Source: Mesotaenium endlicherianum
Taxonomy: Eukaryota
Reading direction: 5' to 3'
Assembly: GCA_009602735.1 (NCBI GenBank)
Contig: WELA01003054.1
Location: forward strand, 302,555 to 366,554
DNA: 64,000 nt
Shown: piece by piece, positions 11,001 to 23,700 of the stretch
Layout: each line of letters starts with the position of its first letter
Numbering within the stretch: position 1 is the first letter of the stretch
The notes under the pieces: generated by a model
What the model saw: the letters and a program-made list of their open reading frames with translations, nothing else
Database searches by the model: none
Told to the model about the DNA's origin: nothing
Translations under genes and position numbers: made by a program

Positions 11001-14000
11001 TCCTGTCGGCCTTGTGACCCTCTTCCCATTTCTTCCCATTATGGTTCGAGATGGGGACATTCTGCAGGCAGGGCGTTGGGACAGGAAGCTTATGCGGGCA
11101 CAATGAAGATGCTCGACTTCATAATGCATGATATTTTTTTCTACCCCGGGACGAGCTAAGAATCTGTTGTCCGTGCCTGAGGCTACTGCTCTAGGTGATA
11201 AAGTCGTGTTTATAAAAGCTTCAAAATCATCGATTCGTGCAGTGACCGATTATAAGGGTTATCCTTCTCGTTCGCTTTCACATGTGACTCCAGGATTGGG
11301 CTGCTCTTCTCGTCGACCATGCCAATTTTGAAGCTGTCCTTTGACAGGATCCAGGTGCTGCCGGATATCGTGTGCGAGGTAGGCCTACCTAGCGCGACCT
11401 TCCGATACCTCTTTTTCATGCACACCCAGAATCGACGCCTCGTTGTTTTGTTGTCAGACAATAGTGCTCGTGGGAGTTTGGAAAGTGGATGCGCCATTCG
11501 GCATCATCTCCCGGGTACTGGCCTCTTTCCTTCGCGTGTGTCAGAGTCCAGGATGAATTTGATTGTGCGAAGATGAAGCTTGTTGTCAAAGGCTTTAGTG
11601 CAAAGAAACTCTATGTGCCTCTCCACTTCCTCAATCTGGTGTTAGACGTTACGACAAGACCTTGGCGTGGTTCGTCCCCCTAACCGGCCAGCGGCAGCCA
11701 AGAGGTGGGGACTTTTGCCACTCCGTGCCTGCAGGGGCCTATACTGGAGCTGTACAGATTGTAGATTGCGTTGGTGGCTGTAGATTGGGGAGAGTGAGGG
11801 GGTCAAAGCCCCGTGTGCATACTTGTCGTATAGGACGAGGCATATGCAGTTTTCGCAGAACTGCTGGGCAATATGTGGTGTGTGCGTGTGCGTGTGCGTG
11901 TGCGTGTGTGTAGGACGGGAGCCTGGCCACGGATGGCACGGGCCTTGTCCTGCAGGAGCTGGTGCCGAACAAGCACATTCTCTCGGGGCCAGAGTGCCCC
12001 ACTGGCGCCGATGGGGTTCTTTCTCTCACCCGCTCTCCAGCTCCCTCTCCCCCTCTCCTACTGCCTCGCTCTCCATCTCTCTTTTGGACCGGAAGAGTCG
12101 CAGGATGATGAGTTGCAAGTCACAGCCAATGGCATCTATTCTTCCTGTCCGTTGTTCTCTGCGTGGTGAGTGGGCGACTTTTATATCACGTCTCTGCACC
12201 ACAAGTGGACAGGGGCATGCGATTCTTCTGTGCGCGCGTGTGTGTGCTTTGAGTGCACGCAACTCCCAGGGAACTAGAGCTGCTACCGACGCTCCTGGTT
12301 AGTTACAGCATCATCAATGGCACACCAATGCAGCAGCTTAGCTCAATATTTGCTGTAAATGTTTTCACGTTTTCGCGCTTTCCTCGTTCCCTTTCCCTGA
12401 CGTTGCCAGCACTGAGTAGGTTGGTGGCAAGAGGCCTTGTGCTGTTCTTGGACATCCATGAAAGCAGCTGTAGCATGATTTGCAGCTGTATCTTTCCACA
12501 CGCGTTTGCAATTTGCCTTGCGCACACAATCAAGAATGTACTCATTAGGACGTGAGGGGAAAAAGTCCAGCAGAAAAGCCGTGTGTGTGTGTGTGTGTGC
12601 GTGTGCATTTGCGTGTGGGAGAGTGTTGCGCATGGGTTTGCGTGTGGGTGTGCGTGTGCGCGAGCGCGTGGGTGTGCGGAGAGCACTGATGCTTGAAGCC
12701 GAGTGACTGATGCTGCTGGGACACGCTGGTGCGTGCGGTGGTGTGGCGTCACTGGCGTGGCATGGCAGCTGGACGAGGAGGAGGAGGACGATGCAGCGCA
12801 GGCGCGGCCGTCGGTGCTGCAGGTGCGCGGCTACTGCCAGGGCATGGTCTTCAAGGGCACCCTGCTGGCCGTCATCCGCGTGAGTGGCCGTCACCCGCCC
12901 ACGCGCACGCAGAAGATCGCACGCCGTTCTCTCTTCGTTAAGCTCCATGCACAACCATCGGTGGTCAGCTTGTAGGGAGTTGTAGATTCACTGACTTGCG
13001 TGTGATGGTGATAGTATGTTATGCATGTGAGTGAATCAAGGGTGGCCACAATCTGCGGGGCTCGGGTTGGGATGTGGCGTTTGGGGTTCAGAACGCCTGG
13101 AGCGCACCTTGGAAGGTAGCGCACATTGGTGCCAGGTGTCACGTCGACATTGACGTGTCTCTCACGTCGGCTTGTGTCTTGCCAGTCTTGCTCGCGTGCA
13201 CCTGGGAATCTCGTGTGTGTGCGTGTATGGTCACGTGTAACTGAAAGGAAAACAGAGGAGCGGAGGAGGAGGGAAGGGGGGGGGGAGTATCTCACTGGAG
13301 GCACTGTTTATTCTCTAGGCACATGCGTAGCACCAAAGAAGTACAATCACGTCACACAATATGCAATGTGCGTCTTACTCAGGCATGGAGACATCCATAC
13401 ATTATTAAACCTACTAAATCAAAGGCGCTGCCCCGAGCGTGAATCTCTTACTCAGAGTGACCCAGTGATGGTGGTCATTGATGTTTGGGGGGGTGGGGGG
13501 GGNNNNNNNNNNNNNNNNNNNNNNNNNNNNNNNNNGGTGGGGGTGGGGGGGGAGGAGTGCGCAGATGCGAGAGGGGGTGCAAGAGGGGGTGCAGATACTC
13601 CTGAGAGAGTCCATGGTGAAGGTGCCTGCTTGGGAGACGGGCAGTGCGCCCCCTGCTGCCTCTCCTCTCTGGAGGTGCTCAACACCAGGTACGCCACTGC
13701 ATGCTCAATTGCTTGCTTGCTTTTGCGCCCCACCCCGCCCATGCACTTTCCCAGTGGTGCTATCGCTGCATGTGGCGCCTGCTTCTTGCTCTGGAGTCTC
13801 CTGCCGAGCTATGGTGACACCGTTGCTGGTGGCCCTGGCCCCCGAGTGAGGTCTCGCCTGACTTGGGTACGAGCTCCCATGCAACCTGTGTGCAACTGAT
13901 GGCTGTGAATGTGCGCATGTGTTGTTGTTAAACACGTCTGTGCTTGCTTGCTGTTGCCCCGTATCCAGCAAGATTGTCACGTTGTGCCCATTCAATGATG

Positions 14001-17000
14001 CGTGGGAGGAGGTCCTATGTTTTGGGGCTAGGGTTTTGAGCTAGGGTGTAGGGCGTGCAAGAGCGACCGTAAGCGAAGGACACTGTCAGATGATGTGCCA
14101 CATTGTCCACCTGCAGCTGTAACTGAGAGCAGCAGCTACGACAAATTTCTTGTGAATCCAACAAACATATATATACCCGCGCAGAAGTGCTGGCAGGGCC
14201 GCCAGACCCCCAGAGCAGATCTGCTCGGGCACGCTCCCTCGTCGCCAGAAAGAACCGCAGTCGTAGCAACAGCCTGAGGGTACTGGTGCTTGCAAGTGTT
14301 CTTTCTCCTGCTGTGCTCCCTGCTGTCAGCGGCACTCTCATTGCTAGGCCCAATCCGCAAATCCTTGTGCATGGTTGTGGCATTTGGGACGTCGTCGCCC
14401 TGCTCTCTCTCCACGTTCAGCTGCCTGGCTCCCGGGCAGAGGCCGCTGCCTGTCTTCGTAGCAGCCGCCTGCGTGTGCACCAGCACGTGCATGCATGCGT
14501 GTATACTACATGCATGCATGTGTGTGCATGCCACTTAACACAACCTCACCTGCTGCTTCTCCCTTACCCCTGCTGTGTTTGCTGCGTGCGCAGCCGGCCG
14601 CGGGTGCGTGACACCACGCTGAGTCGCACCCCTGTGTCCCTGCTCTGCCACGGAGGCGTGCCCCAGGAGTACTTTGTGGGATGCACCAAGAAGGCCCTCT
14701 CCGCCGTCAAGCTGGCCACCCAGGACCGCAAAGCTGCCATGAAGCGTGAGTTGGGGGGCTGCCAGCATTGCGGCTCTGGGCCCTGGCGGCCTTGCTGCCC
14801 CCTGTCTGACTGACCCCAGGGAGGCGGTGTAAGGCTGCAAGAGGGGCTCCTCTCACGCGCCTCCCTTGCCTCTGCCCCTTGCTGCCTTCCCCCTCTCGAG
14901 TCTCCGTTGCCCCCCTGGTGGATCGATCGAGCCCGAGCGCATCAATGAGTGGGAACGCATGGTATGCGTGATTGTGAAAGCAGTTTCTGTCAGCAGGCCG
15001 CACTCGGGGTATGTGCGCAAGCCTTGCGCCCAGCGCCCAGCATCGACCTGCTGACTATTGGGCATGCTTTGCGCATGCATGCAAATAGTCCTACCCTTCA
15101 AAAGGCTGTTCGTCTGACCCTGTCCCTGTCTCTCTGCCTCTCTGGCCCGTGACCCCGTGTCCCTGCCGCTGACTCTCTGACAACTGGGTGTCTCTGTGCG
15201 GGGGGGGGGGGGNNNNNNNNNNNNNNNNNNNNNNNNNNNNNNNNNNNNNNNNNNNNNNNNNNNNNNNNNNNNNNNNNNNNNNNNNNNNNNNNNNNNNNNN
15301 NNNNNNNNNNNNNNNNNNNNNNNNNNNNNNNNNNNNNNNNNNNNNNNNNNNNNNNNNNNNNNNNNNNNNNNNNNNNNNGGGAGAGGCGGGTGGGGAGCAT
15401 GCAGTGATGCGCGGCGGCGCGATGCATGCGGCGGCGGAGCTGGGCATGCGCATGCTGCTGAGCGGCGTGGAGCTGCGCGACCCCCACCTGCAGGGCCTGC
15501 TGCGCTCCAAGCAGAAGGAGCGCCTGCGCGTATGTAACATAGTCACAGACTCACGCACGCTCAGGGAGGCACGTGCCGGCACGCACATGCACGCATGCAT
15601 GCGCACACGCGCGCTTTTGTTGGTGTCAGAGCCGCTGGAAGGTGATGGGAGAATTTAGAAACGCGAGTATGCAATGAGTGGTAACTTCCAACTTGTATGG
15701 CATTGCAGCGATCAGACTGCCACTCGTCAGGTGTCGTCATGAAGCCGTATTTGACTTCAACTATGAGTTTCCAGCTGTAGAAAGAAGGCTTACTGTTTCA
15801 TAGTCTGGAACTTGTGGCTCTTATTGTCTTCAGGGAGGAGAACATCGCAGACCGTTGGAATTGCTTCATGCTCACACAAGTTCCACACCCTCTGGCTTTC
15901 GATCACATAGATGGATCGGGCCTGCAGTAGTACTCTAGGACTAAATAAGCAAAGATGAACCAACTTGGAATACCGGAAGGGGGGAGGATTTACACAAAGA
16001 AATTACAGGCCACCGCTACGCCTGTGCAGACCTCGCATAAAAATATGCATTTTGTAGCATGAATAACAGGACCGTTGAGTAACTCCACGCCGGCGACCAT
16101 TGCGACTCCTCACCAGTTGAAATACATCTCACAGCCTTAAATATGCCCCTCAAGGCTCACAGCACCGTCTTCACGTTGTTACATTGTTGCACCTTGATCA
16201 ACGTATGGCTGCGTTCTTGACAGCAGGAAGCGCACGCACGCTTGCATTTCCATCTTCGCGTGCTGCGATACACGCACGGAACCTGAGAGCAACTGCCGCA
16301 CCCAAGCGGGGCAGGTTGTCACTCACAGGATGAGACTCCTCATGATCGGGAGTTCCTCGCCATCCTTTCCATCTACATGTGTGATGTACTACCTGTGTGA
16401 TGTATGTGCAGAATCTGAGCAACTGCCGCATCCGGGCGGGCAAATCGCACTACCTGCTGGGCGTGGCCGACTTCACCGGCACCCTCCAAGAGGGAGAAGT
16501 CTTCCTCGTGCTGTGAGTGGCAAGCGCATGGCCGCACTCACGTTTAATCCGTGCTCCTCCGTGCGAAGTGATTGGTTTGCATGAGCCTTGCCCTCCTCCT
16601 GTGTTTATATGCGGAGGGCACAGTTGACCGTCGCGAGCCCTCCGCATGCATGTGCCAGCGCAGGCAAACACGGGCACGCACGCGACAGACACAATACGAG
16701 CACAGACACGACACACACACGCACACACACACGTGCTGCTTGTGCTGTCAATGACAGGTTATTTTCACACGTCCACTGTGCAGGGAAGAATAATGTGTTT
16801 GTGTGCCGCTAACGTGTTTGTTGGGCTGGAGAATGGTAGTGCTACGCATTGTCTTAGGACTTATATGACTTTGAGATGTTGCCTGTTCCAAAAACATCCA
16901 CATTCCTTTGTGGGTACACAAAAGGGGGCCATGAACTCTAAATACATTGCTTATCATCACTCCCTGCCCCTTGCCGCTGTATGCAGAGACAACGGGCCCC

Positions 17001-20000
17001 TCGCCGGCGCCTGCCTGGTGCACCACTACCCGGCCGTCCAGATGGCGAACATCCGCAGGGTCACGGCTGTGGACTGCCCGGAGCTGCGGGAGTTCCTGCC
17101 GCCCGATGCGCGCCACTTCATTGCCTTCTCCACCAGGGGCAAGCGATCGGAGCCGGACAAGATGGCAGGCGGCGACCTGGACGGGGACTGCTTCCTCGTG
17201 ATGCGCGACCCGCAGGCGCGCACGCTTCCTCCCCCTCTCACGCTTTCCTTCTGATTGCTCCACCTCCCAACATCCTCTCACCGGCCGTGCTGGACATGTG
17301 TGGGCATGCGTGCCTCTTTGTGCGCGTTGAGTGTGCAGTCTGTCGCTGCGCGTGTGTGTGTGTTCTCTCTCTCTGTGTGTGCGGGTGTTTGTGTGTGTGT
17401 AGTACACTTGGTGGGACGGGGCCGCAGGGGAGAGGAGCAAGGGAAAGGGAAGGATTTTTGCTTTTACCCCAGGGCCCAGAATGCAAACGGCACCAATGCA
17501 TGAGCTTGCTCCTCTGCGACTGAAAACTCGTCTTATGCTCTGGGATGCATGCGGGTGCGCACGCGTGTGCGTGCTCGCGGGGTTGAGTGTATAGATGCAG
17601 ATGACTAGCACGTTCAAGCCAAGCGACGACTTCCCGCCAGCAGATCTGGAAGGGCAAGATGGCGCCGGGCCCGACGCCCTCGGGCAAGCCAGTCCCGCCA
17701 TCAAGGGACAGCGGGAGATCATGATGGAACTCTTCCTGGAAGGCTGCTACTCTCAGTACGCGCCCGCATGGCCTCCTCTTTGTAGAGGCAGCTAGGCCCT
17801 GCCTCTCTAAGCGTGCACCGCTCAACAGGATTTACTGCAATCCCCGTGTAGCTAGGCATCAGCCGGCCAGCATAAGTGTGTTCAATTTCGCTTGTGTGCA
17901 GATGAGGCGCGTGTAGAGCTGCCAGGGGAGCTGCTTCGCTCGTGCTGCTTTTGTAATCTGCACGAGAAAAAATGTGCATCCTGTTGCTGCTGCACGCTTC
18001 CCATTGATTGCATGTGCAAGCTAGGTGGGCGGAGTACACGTGGAGGGGGGCGGCAGGCTCGCTCGTCGCAGCAGTGCATTGCATGCAGTGCGACATCCTC
18101 ATCCTCCGGCATCGATCTGCTCGGGAGGGCGACCAGCTGCAGCCATGTTCAGAGCAAGCGCGAGCGCTCTGCACTTCATGACCATCACAGGCATGCATGC
18201 ATGTGCCCATGCGCCGGAGTTCGTCCGGAACATTTGCTTCAAAGTTTTTCACAGTTCCTCCTCTGCATGGTGCAACGAGCGCAGGAACAACATTGGGCGT
18301 GCCTTTGTCCTGCACACAGCGTTCCTCGACAGGTGGGGCCCACACGACCCGCGGACAATCCGCATGGGTTTCTTGTACGAGAAGTCTCTGGACGCCGAGA
18401 AGACCGGCAACAAGGTACCGCCAGCCCCAGCTCTTGAACGGCAGCCATGGCTCTGAGGGTCATGCTTGGTGGAGGGGGCTCTCCTTCTCTTCTCTTGACC
18501 TCCTCCTCCGCGTTGCAAGCGTGCAATCTTGAGCAGAATCGCTTTCACCATCTGCTGATTGTGAACATTGTTGAGTTCTAGGTCCTTATAATAATATAAG
18601 TGACTGCAGTGAAACTTTCCTGCTGAGCCAAGTTCGTCCCCTAGGCTCTTCTTTAAGACCCCCTTGGCCCCAATTGCACACACACGCGCAGGCGGGCGCG
18701 CGCGCACACACACACACACACTCAGACACACACACGGACAGGCAATTTCAGGACAGTTTTGTTTCTGTATAGATTATGTGAGTATAACCCTTGACATAGA
18801 CTCTGATCTCCGGAAGTAAGAAGGAAAAGTGATGTCCGCCCACCACACACCCCGCGGTCTTGTCGTCTGGGGGGCGTGCAGGTCGACATCCCCAAACAGC
18901 CGCAGTCCGTGTGCTTCCCCCACTACATGGAAATGGAAGGCAGCTACAAGTCTCGTGAGCTGCCCGGTGTCATCTACGACCTTGTCATGGGATCTATTCC
19001 CACACTCCATGCTAACGGTGGGCCTTCTTGTTCGCGTTCTCCTACTTTGTGCATGTTTGCATGGGCTTGGCCTCACAGCATGCAAAATATTGCTCTGGGG
19101 AGAGTCGCTACACAGCATGGTGTGCATGGGTGTGCTTTTATCTACCAATGCTTGCGTGCGTGTGTTTTGAGTGTGCATGTCCTCGATAGGGAGAGTGTGT
19201 ATGAGTGTGTGTGAATAGGACATGAATCACAAACTTGAGTGAAAGCAGCTTTATGCGCATAGGTTGAAAGAGTGCTCGTATGTGCGTGTGAGTTCGTGAG
19301 GGTGTGTGTACACGTGCATGTATGTCTGTGTGTGCCTATGCGGGCGTATCCAAGATCACGTGCACTGTGAGCTAGAGAGACAGGCGGAGAGTGGCAATGT
19401 TTGACTGGAATGCGACCCACCTTTCCACGTTCCGTTGTGGTGCAGGGCCTGAAGTACAGTGCGTGCGACGTGGGCGTGTTTGTGCTTTTGTGTATATGTG
19501 CACAAGTTTTCCATTTCATAGTGTTGCAGGGCCTGAAGAACATTGTGGGCTGCGTGGGCGTGGGTGTGCGTTTGTGTGTGCATGCACAGAAGGATGCAGA
19601 AGGGTGTTGAGGGACAATATGCTCGTGAAGTTCCACGTTGACCACCCCATCCCTTACGACCTACAGGACGTGATTGGGAACGAGATGAAGACATTCAATG
19701 TGAGGCTCGCACGGATCCCCCAGCTCAAGGGCAGCCCTGAGAGGGAGGCCATGCTGGAGCAGAATGAAGTGTGCTACCGGGAGGTACACAGCACATCCAG
19801 ACCTGCCACCGTCGCTCCTTGCCACACCGCAAGATAGCTTCTCGCAAATTTGACGTCTATGGACCTTGGTCGTTATACTTTGCAGGAAGCGGCCTGGCGC
19901 GGATTTGGAGCGCAGGGGGTCACGGTTGAAGCAAACTGTTGTAGACTCGCGTCTATGACCGTCTCTTCAATCTTTTTCTGTAATCTTTTTTTGCAACTGG

Positions 20001-20764
20001 CCTTAGAGGTCCTCACTCCAATCTGCAGAGTTCTTGGATCTCGACGAGTGAAGAGTCAAATGGACTGGTGAAGACTTTCGAGACGTTCTTCTTGATGTCT
20101 TTAATTGAAGGACCTCGGAAGTGTACTATGAATTTTGCTTGCACGACGTATGTACTTGGATGATGGTGACAATCTGTTTCTTTCTTCTGCTGGACCTTAT
20201 ATATGTGTTGAGTTTGTGCGACAAGGTGATTTTTGGTGGTTGTCACACACGCACACAAACACACACGCGCACATACACACACACACTCACACACACTAAC
20301 TATGTCATAAGCAGCATGATTTGCCATCAAAATGGAACCTATTCTTGCTGCTCTCTTTGTGCGTGACTTTTCAGAACATTATTGGGGATTGGTCTCCCAC
20401 CAAGGATGTGCCCACGCCTCCGTTGGAGCTCCTCAAAAGGGCGGCGTTTGTCTACGTCCATGGCTACGACGAGGTCGAGAAGCGACTCTGGAAGAAGTCA
20501 ATAGAGGAGTATGCCGACTGCGGGGGTGCCTGCTCGTTTGAGGAGGCATTCATGAGCATGAGGGCACCCTGCATGCAGCGCGTGTGGGGCGTGTTCGGGG
20601 ACCTCCTGTGCTCCATCAAGGCGTCTCTGCAGGGGCCGGCGCTCATCTCATGGCCGGCCTGGCTGAGCATTGCCGGCCCCTCGTGTGCTGCGCTTGAGCC
20701 GTCTGCGACTTTCAGCATAGGCGATGTCGCATCTGCCGGTGCCGCTGAGGTGTTTGAAGATTGA
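8062..20764 (+). CDS. Eukaryotic RNA-dependent RNA polymerase (RDR, gamma-clade-like), multi-exon; possibly a pseudogene
   Basis: Phase-consistent exons: ?-8265, 8918-8984 (tentative), 9135-9220, 9815-9980, 10421-10616, 11294-11378, 11914-12015, 12769-12879, 13565-13688 (internal frame break), 14594-14745, 15405-15529, 16412-16512, 16987-17215, 17601-17755, 18285-18414, 18882-19017, 19590-19783, 20375-20764. Motifs: ARIGLLFSST, TDGTG, QVRGYCQGMVFKGTL, RESMVK, SLEVLNTS, GGVPQEYF, LLGVADFTGTLQEGEVF, MAGGDLDGD (DLDGD at 17174-17188), LDAEKTG, FPHYME. Start codon unresolved. Confidence 0.88.
11878..11910. repeat. (GTGTGC)n/(TG)n microsatellite abutting an RDR splice acceptor; similar CA/TG tracts occur in many introns (e.g. 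12581-12600, 18706-18735)
   Basis: Directly visible simple repeats. Confidence 0.8.
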
Positions 20765-23700
20765 GTTGAAGACGAGGATGATGTAGCATATATGGCTTGC
20801 CTACTGGCACACTCGTAACGCCGTTGCTGTGCTTGCAGATTGGGCCACAACAAGTGAAAGTTTTGAACATATGTATGTAGTGACAATAGGTGTAGATACT
20901 TATCTTTTGAATGCAGTGGATTCTTTCCCATGCGGTCACGTAGGGCTATATTGTTATATGCTTGTAGATAAGAGTTGCGCTTGGGCGAATGCATTTGTTG
21001 AAGCTGTACATATAGGAATTTTAATACTTCAGGTAGAAATGCTGGCATGTGGTGGTGGACGGTATGCAAAGGCTATGTTGGTTTTGTAATGATGTACTCG
21101 TATGGTAGTGTTATCTGGATTCTGTAATAACCATTGCAATTTTTTTTCATCAAATAAGGAACTTCAAAACCAAAAACAGCTTACTTCCTTTCAGTACTCT
21201 TCACCATTTTAATGCGTTATCTGCGCAAGCCAATTGTCCTTGTTGATTTTATTTGACTACCTCTCTCTCCCTCCCTCCAGAGGGTGAGGGAGAGAGAGAG
21301 GAGGGGAGAGGGAGGGGGAGAGGGGGAGGGATTTAATTAGTGCATGTTCGTTTCTGTTTTGTCTTGCGTATGCATATTTGTAAGTACTTGCGCGGGCGGG
21401 TCCTTTCGCCTCGCATCCAGCAAACTTGTCACGCATGTAATCATGTTACAAGGGACAGGACAGTAGGGGGTAACCATATTCAGGACTCACTCTGGACTCT
21501 GCTGGACAGCGGGGTGCAGGTACTCCAGTGCAGCTGCCAGGGTGCTAAGCATGGGATACGGCGTTCTGGGTACAGGTGTGCAGGGTTCACAATGCAGAAA
21601 ATACGAGGATCCAGGATGCAAGGTACAGGGTCAGGGTGCAGAATAGACATTAGAAATTTGGATCTCTGGGACCAGGGAGGCTGTTTCTGCCAGTGCGCTG
21701 GTGAACAGGGGGTGCACAGCCAGAGGTACGTAGAGGCTGCGGCCTGCAGGCTGTGTCAGGCCGCCCGATGGTTTGTTGTGGTGCCTGGAAGTGATGTTAG
21801 TTGGCGGAGGCTCTAATGCAGACCGGATGCCGGGGGGACTGTAGGTGTGGGTTATGCACGCATACGTGTCGTTTCACATGCGCGCACATGAGTGTAAGTA
21901 CAGCTAGTGTAGGTCTGGCACGCGCTCGCGGGCTTTGGATGTTGATCTGATGTGTCGAGGGATTTATCATTTGAGGTGTTGGTTTCGTGGGAGTGGGAGT
22001 GGGAGTTCCGTGTGGGGGTCTTGGAGGCAAATGGAGGCAGCTTGGAGGGCAGCCTCTGGAGGCGTGGGAGGGGTATCTTGTACATTTGTAGCAGGGTCGG
22101 CTTCCTCTATTTTTTTCAATCTTTTGGTTTCACAGTTGATATTGATGCTTTATAAGCTCACGGAAGCATGTTCTACAATCAATCCGCTTTCCCCTCCCTC
22201 AAGGGAAACAAGCACACTCGCTCACGTGCATATAGACACGACACACACACGCGCACACACACATACACACACGGGGGTGCGTGTGTGTGGCACGGGAGGG
22301 TGCGTGTATACATGCGCTCACGCACCCAAGAGGAGCAACCTTGAGGAAGTGGCCAGAGAATTGCTGGGGGCCGTCGCGGCAAAGGCAGGATGATGGCTTT
22401 TGCGGCCATTGACTCGTCATTGTCTTCTCAGAATCCGAGGGCGAGTGCGAGAAGTTATAGCTTGCTCTATTGTGGGCAACAAGATCTGGGTGGGCGGAAG
22501 CGCCTTTTGGAGCGCCCCGCACAGCCTCGGGCCCTGCGGGCAGCACTTTCCACTCCATGGCCGACTCTACCCTCCTCTGCAAGGTGAGCTGACGCTCTAT
22601 TGCTGCTAGCTGTCCTATCATTCAGACACACGTGCAACTATCACCTGCATAGAGGACAAGGAGGGGGGGGGGGGGAGGGGAGGAGCACGTGGCGGGGCGC
22701 CCGGATGCTGATGATGGAAACGGTTTGCGATGGCCAGAGGTGTCATGACGGTTGCCAACCTCATCAACTTCCCGCTCTTTGTGGTGCCGCCAGCTGGCGA
22801 CGACGAGCTCCAGGGCATCTAGGAAGGTTGGCGCGCTCCCCCCCTCCCTTCCTGCGTTATATGTGTTGCTATGCATTCAGGCTTGTGGGCAGGAAGAAAA
22901 CATCTCTCCCCCCTCCACCTTCCGCAAACCACCTACTCACCCATTCACCCACCCTTGTAGCACTCCAATCTCCACGTAGGAGAGAGAGGGGAGGCCTTCC
23001 TGTTTGGCCCCTCAACAGCTCCACGCACACACATACACACGGGCGGGGCACACACACAAACACACACACACGCACACAGGCACACACATAAAGGTCAGCC
23101 CCCTTTATCACTGCTTGCCTGTGGCACCTCGCATGTGATGAGGTGGGCGATACGAGGAGGTTAGGGAGGCGTGAGAACTAGGGTGAGGGTAAGTTAGAAC
23201 AAGTTTCAGATTCTTGTGGTTTTGACTTCTTAGGGCTGGGGGCATCACCTGGCTGGTGAGGACGTGGACGGTGGTATGAGTTCAGGGTGCATGATGCTGA
23301 CATATAGAGCCTTGTGGGCGTGCCACGTGGCATTCCACGCAATCTTGTCGCCCCTCCTGAAGGTGGCATATACCACTGCCACGTGGTAGGTATCGCTGCG
23401 GAACTCACTGTATTGAATATGAGGCAGCAGCATGCCCAGCGGGCCGGTCGGGTCGCCACCTATCATAGGCCTCCCCCCCCCCCTTCGCCTCAGCCACGCC
23501 AAGAAGGGCGAGGGAAGACAAGGAGTATAACACGAGCACGCACGCTTGGTGAGAGGGAATGCGGGCACGTGGACCCACACACAAAAACAAGAGTCGCAGG
23601 CACACTTGCGCTTGCACGCACGCAAACAGGGCAGGGAAATGGGAGGGGAGGGTGAGGGGCTGCTCTTGGGTCGCTGACCGATACATTAAAGTTTGGAGTT

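Noticed and set aside
19437..19575. Imperfect ~50-bp direct repeat (gtg.tgcagggcctgaag.aca.tg) in an RDR intron
   Set aside because: Local intronic duplication in TG-rich DNA; not needed for the reading frame
8062..20764. Viral RdRP or endogenous virus
   Set aside because: DxDGD double-psi-barrel-type motif and many spliceosomal introns indicate a cellular RDR; no GDD palm motifs
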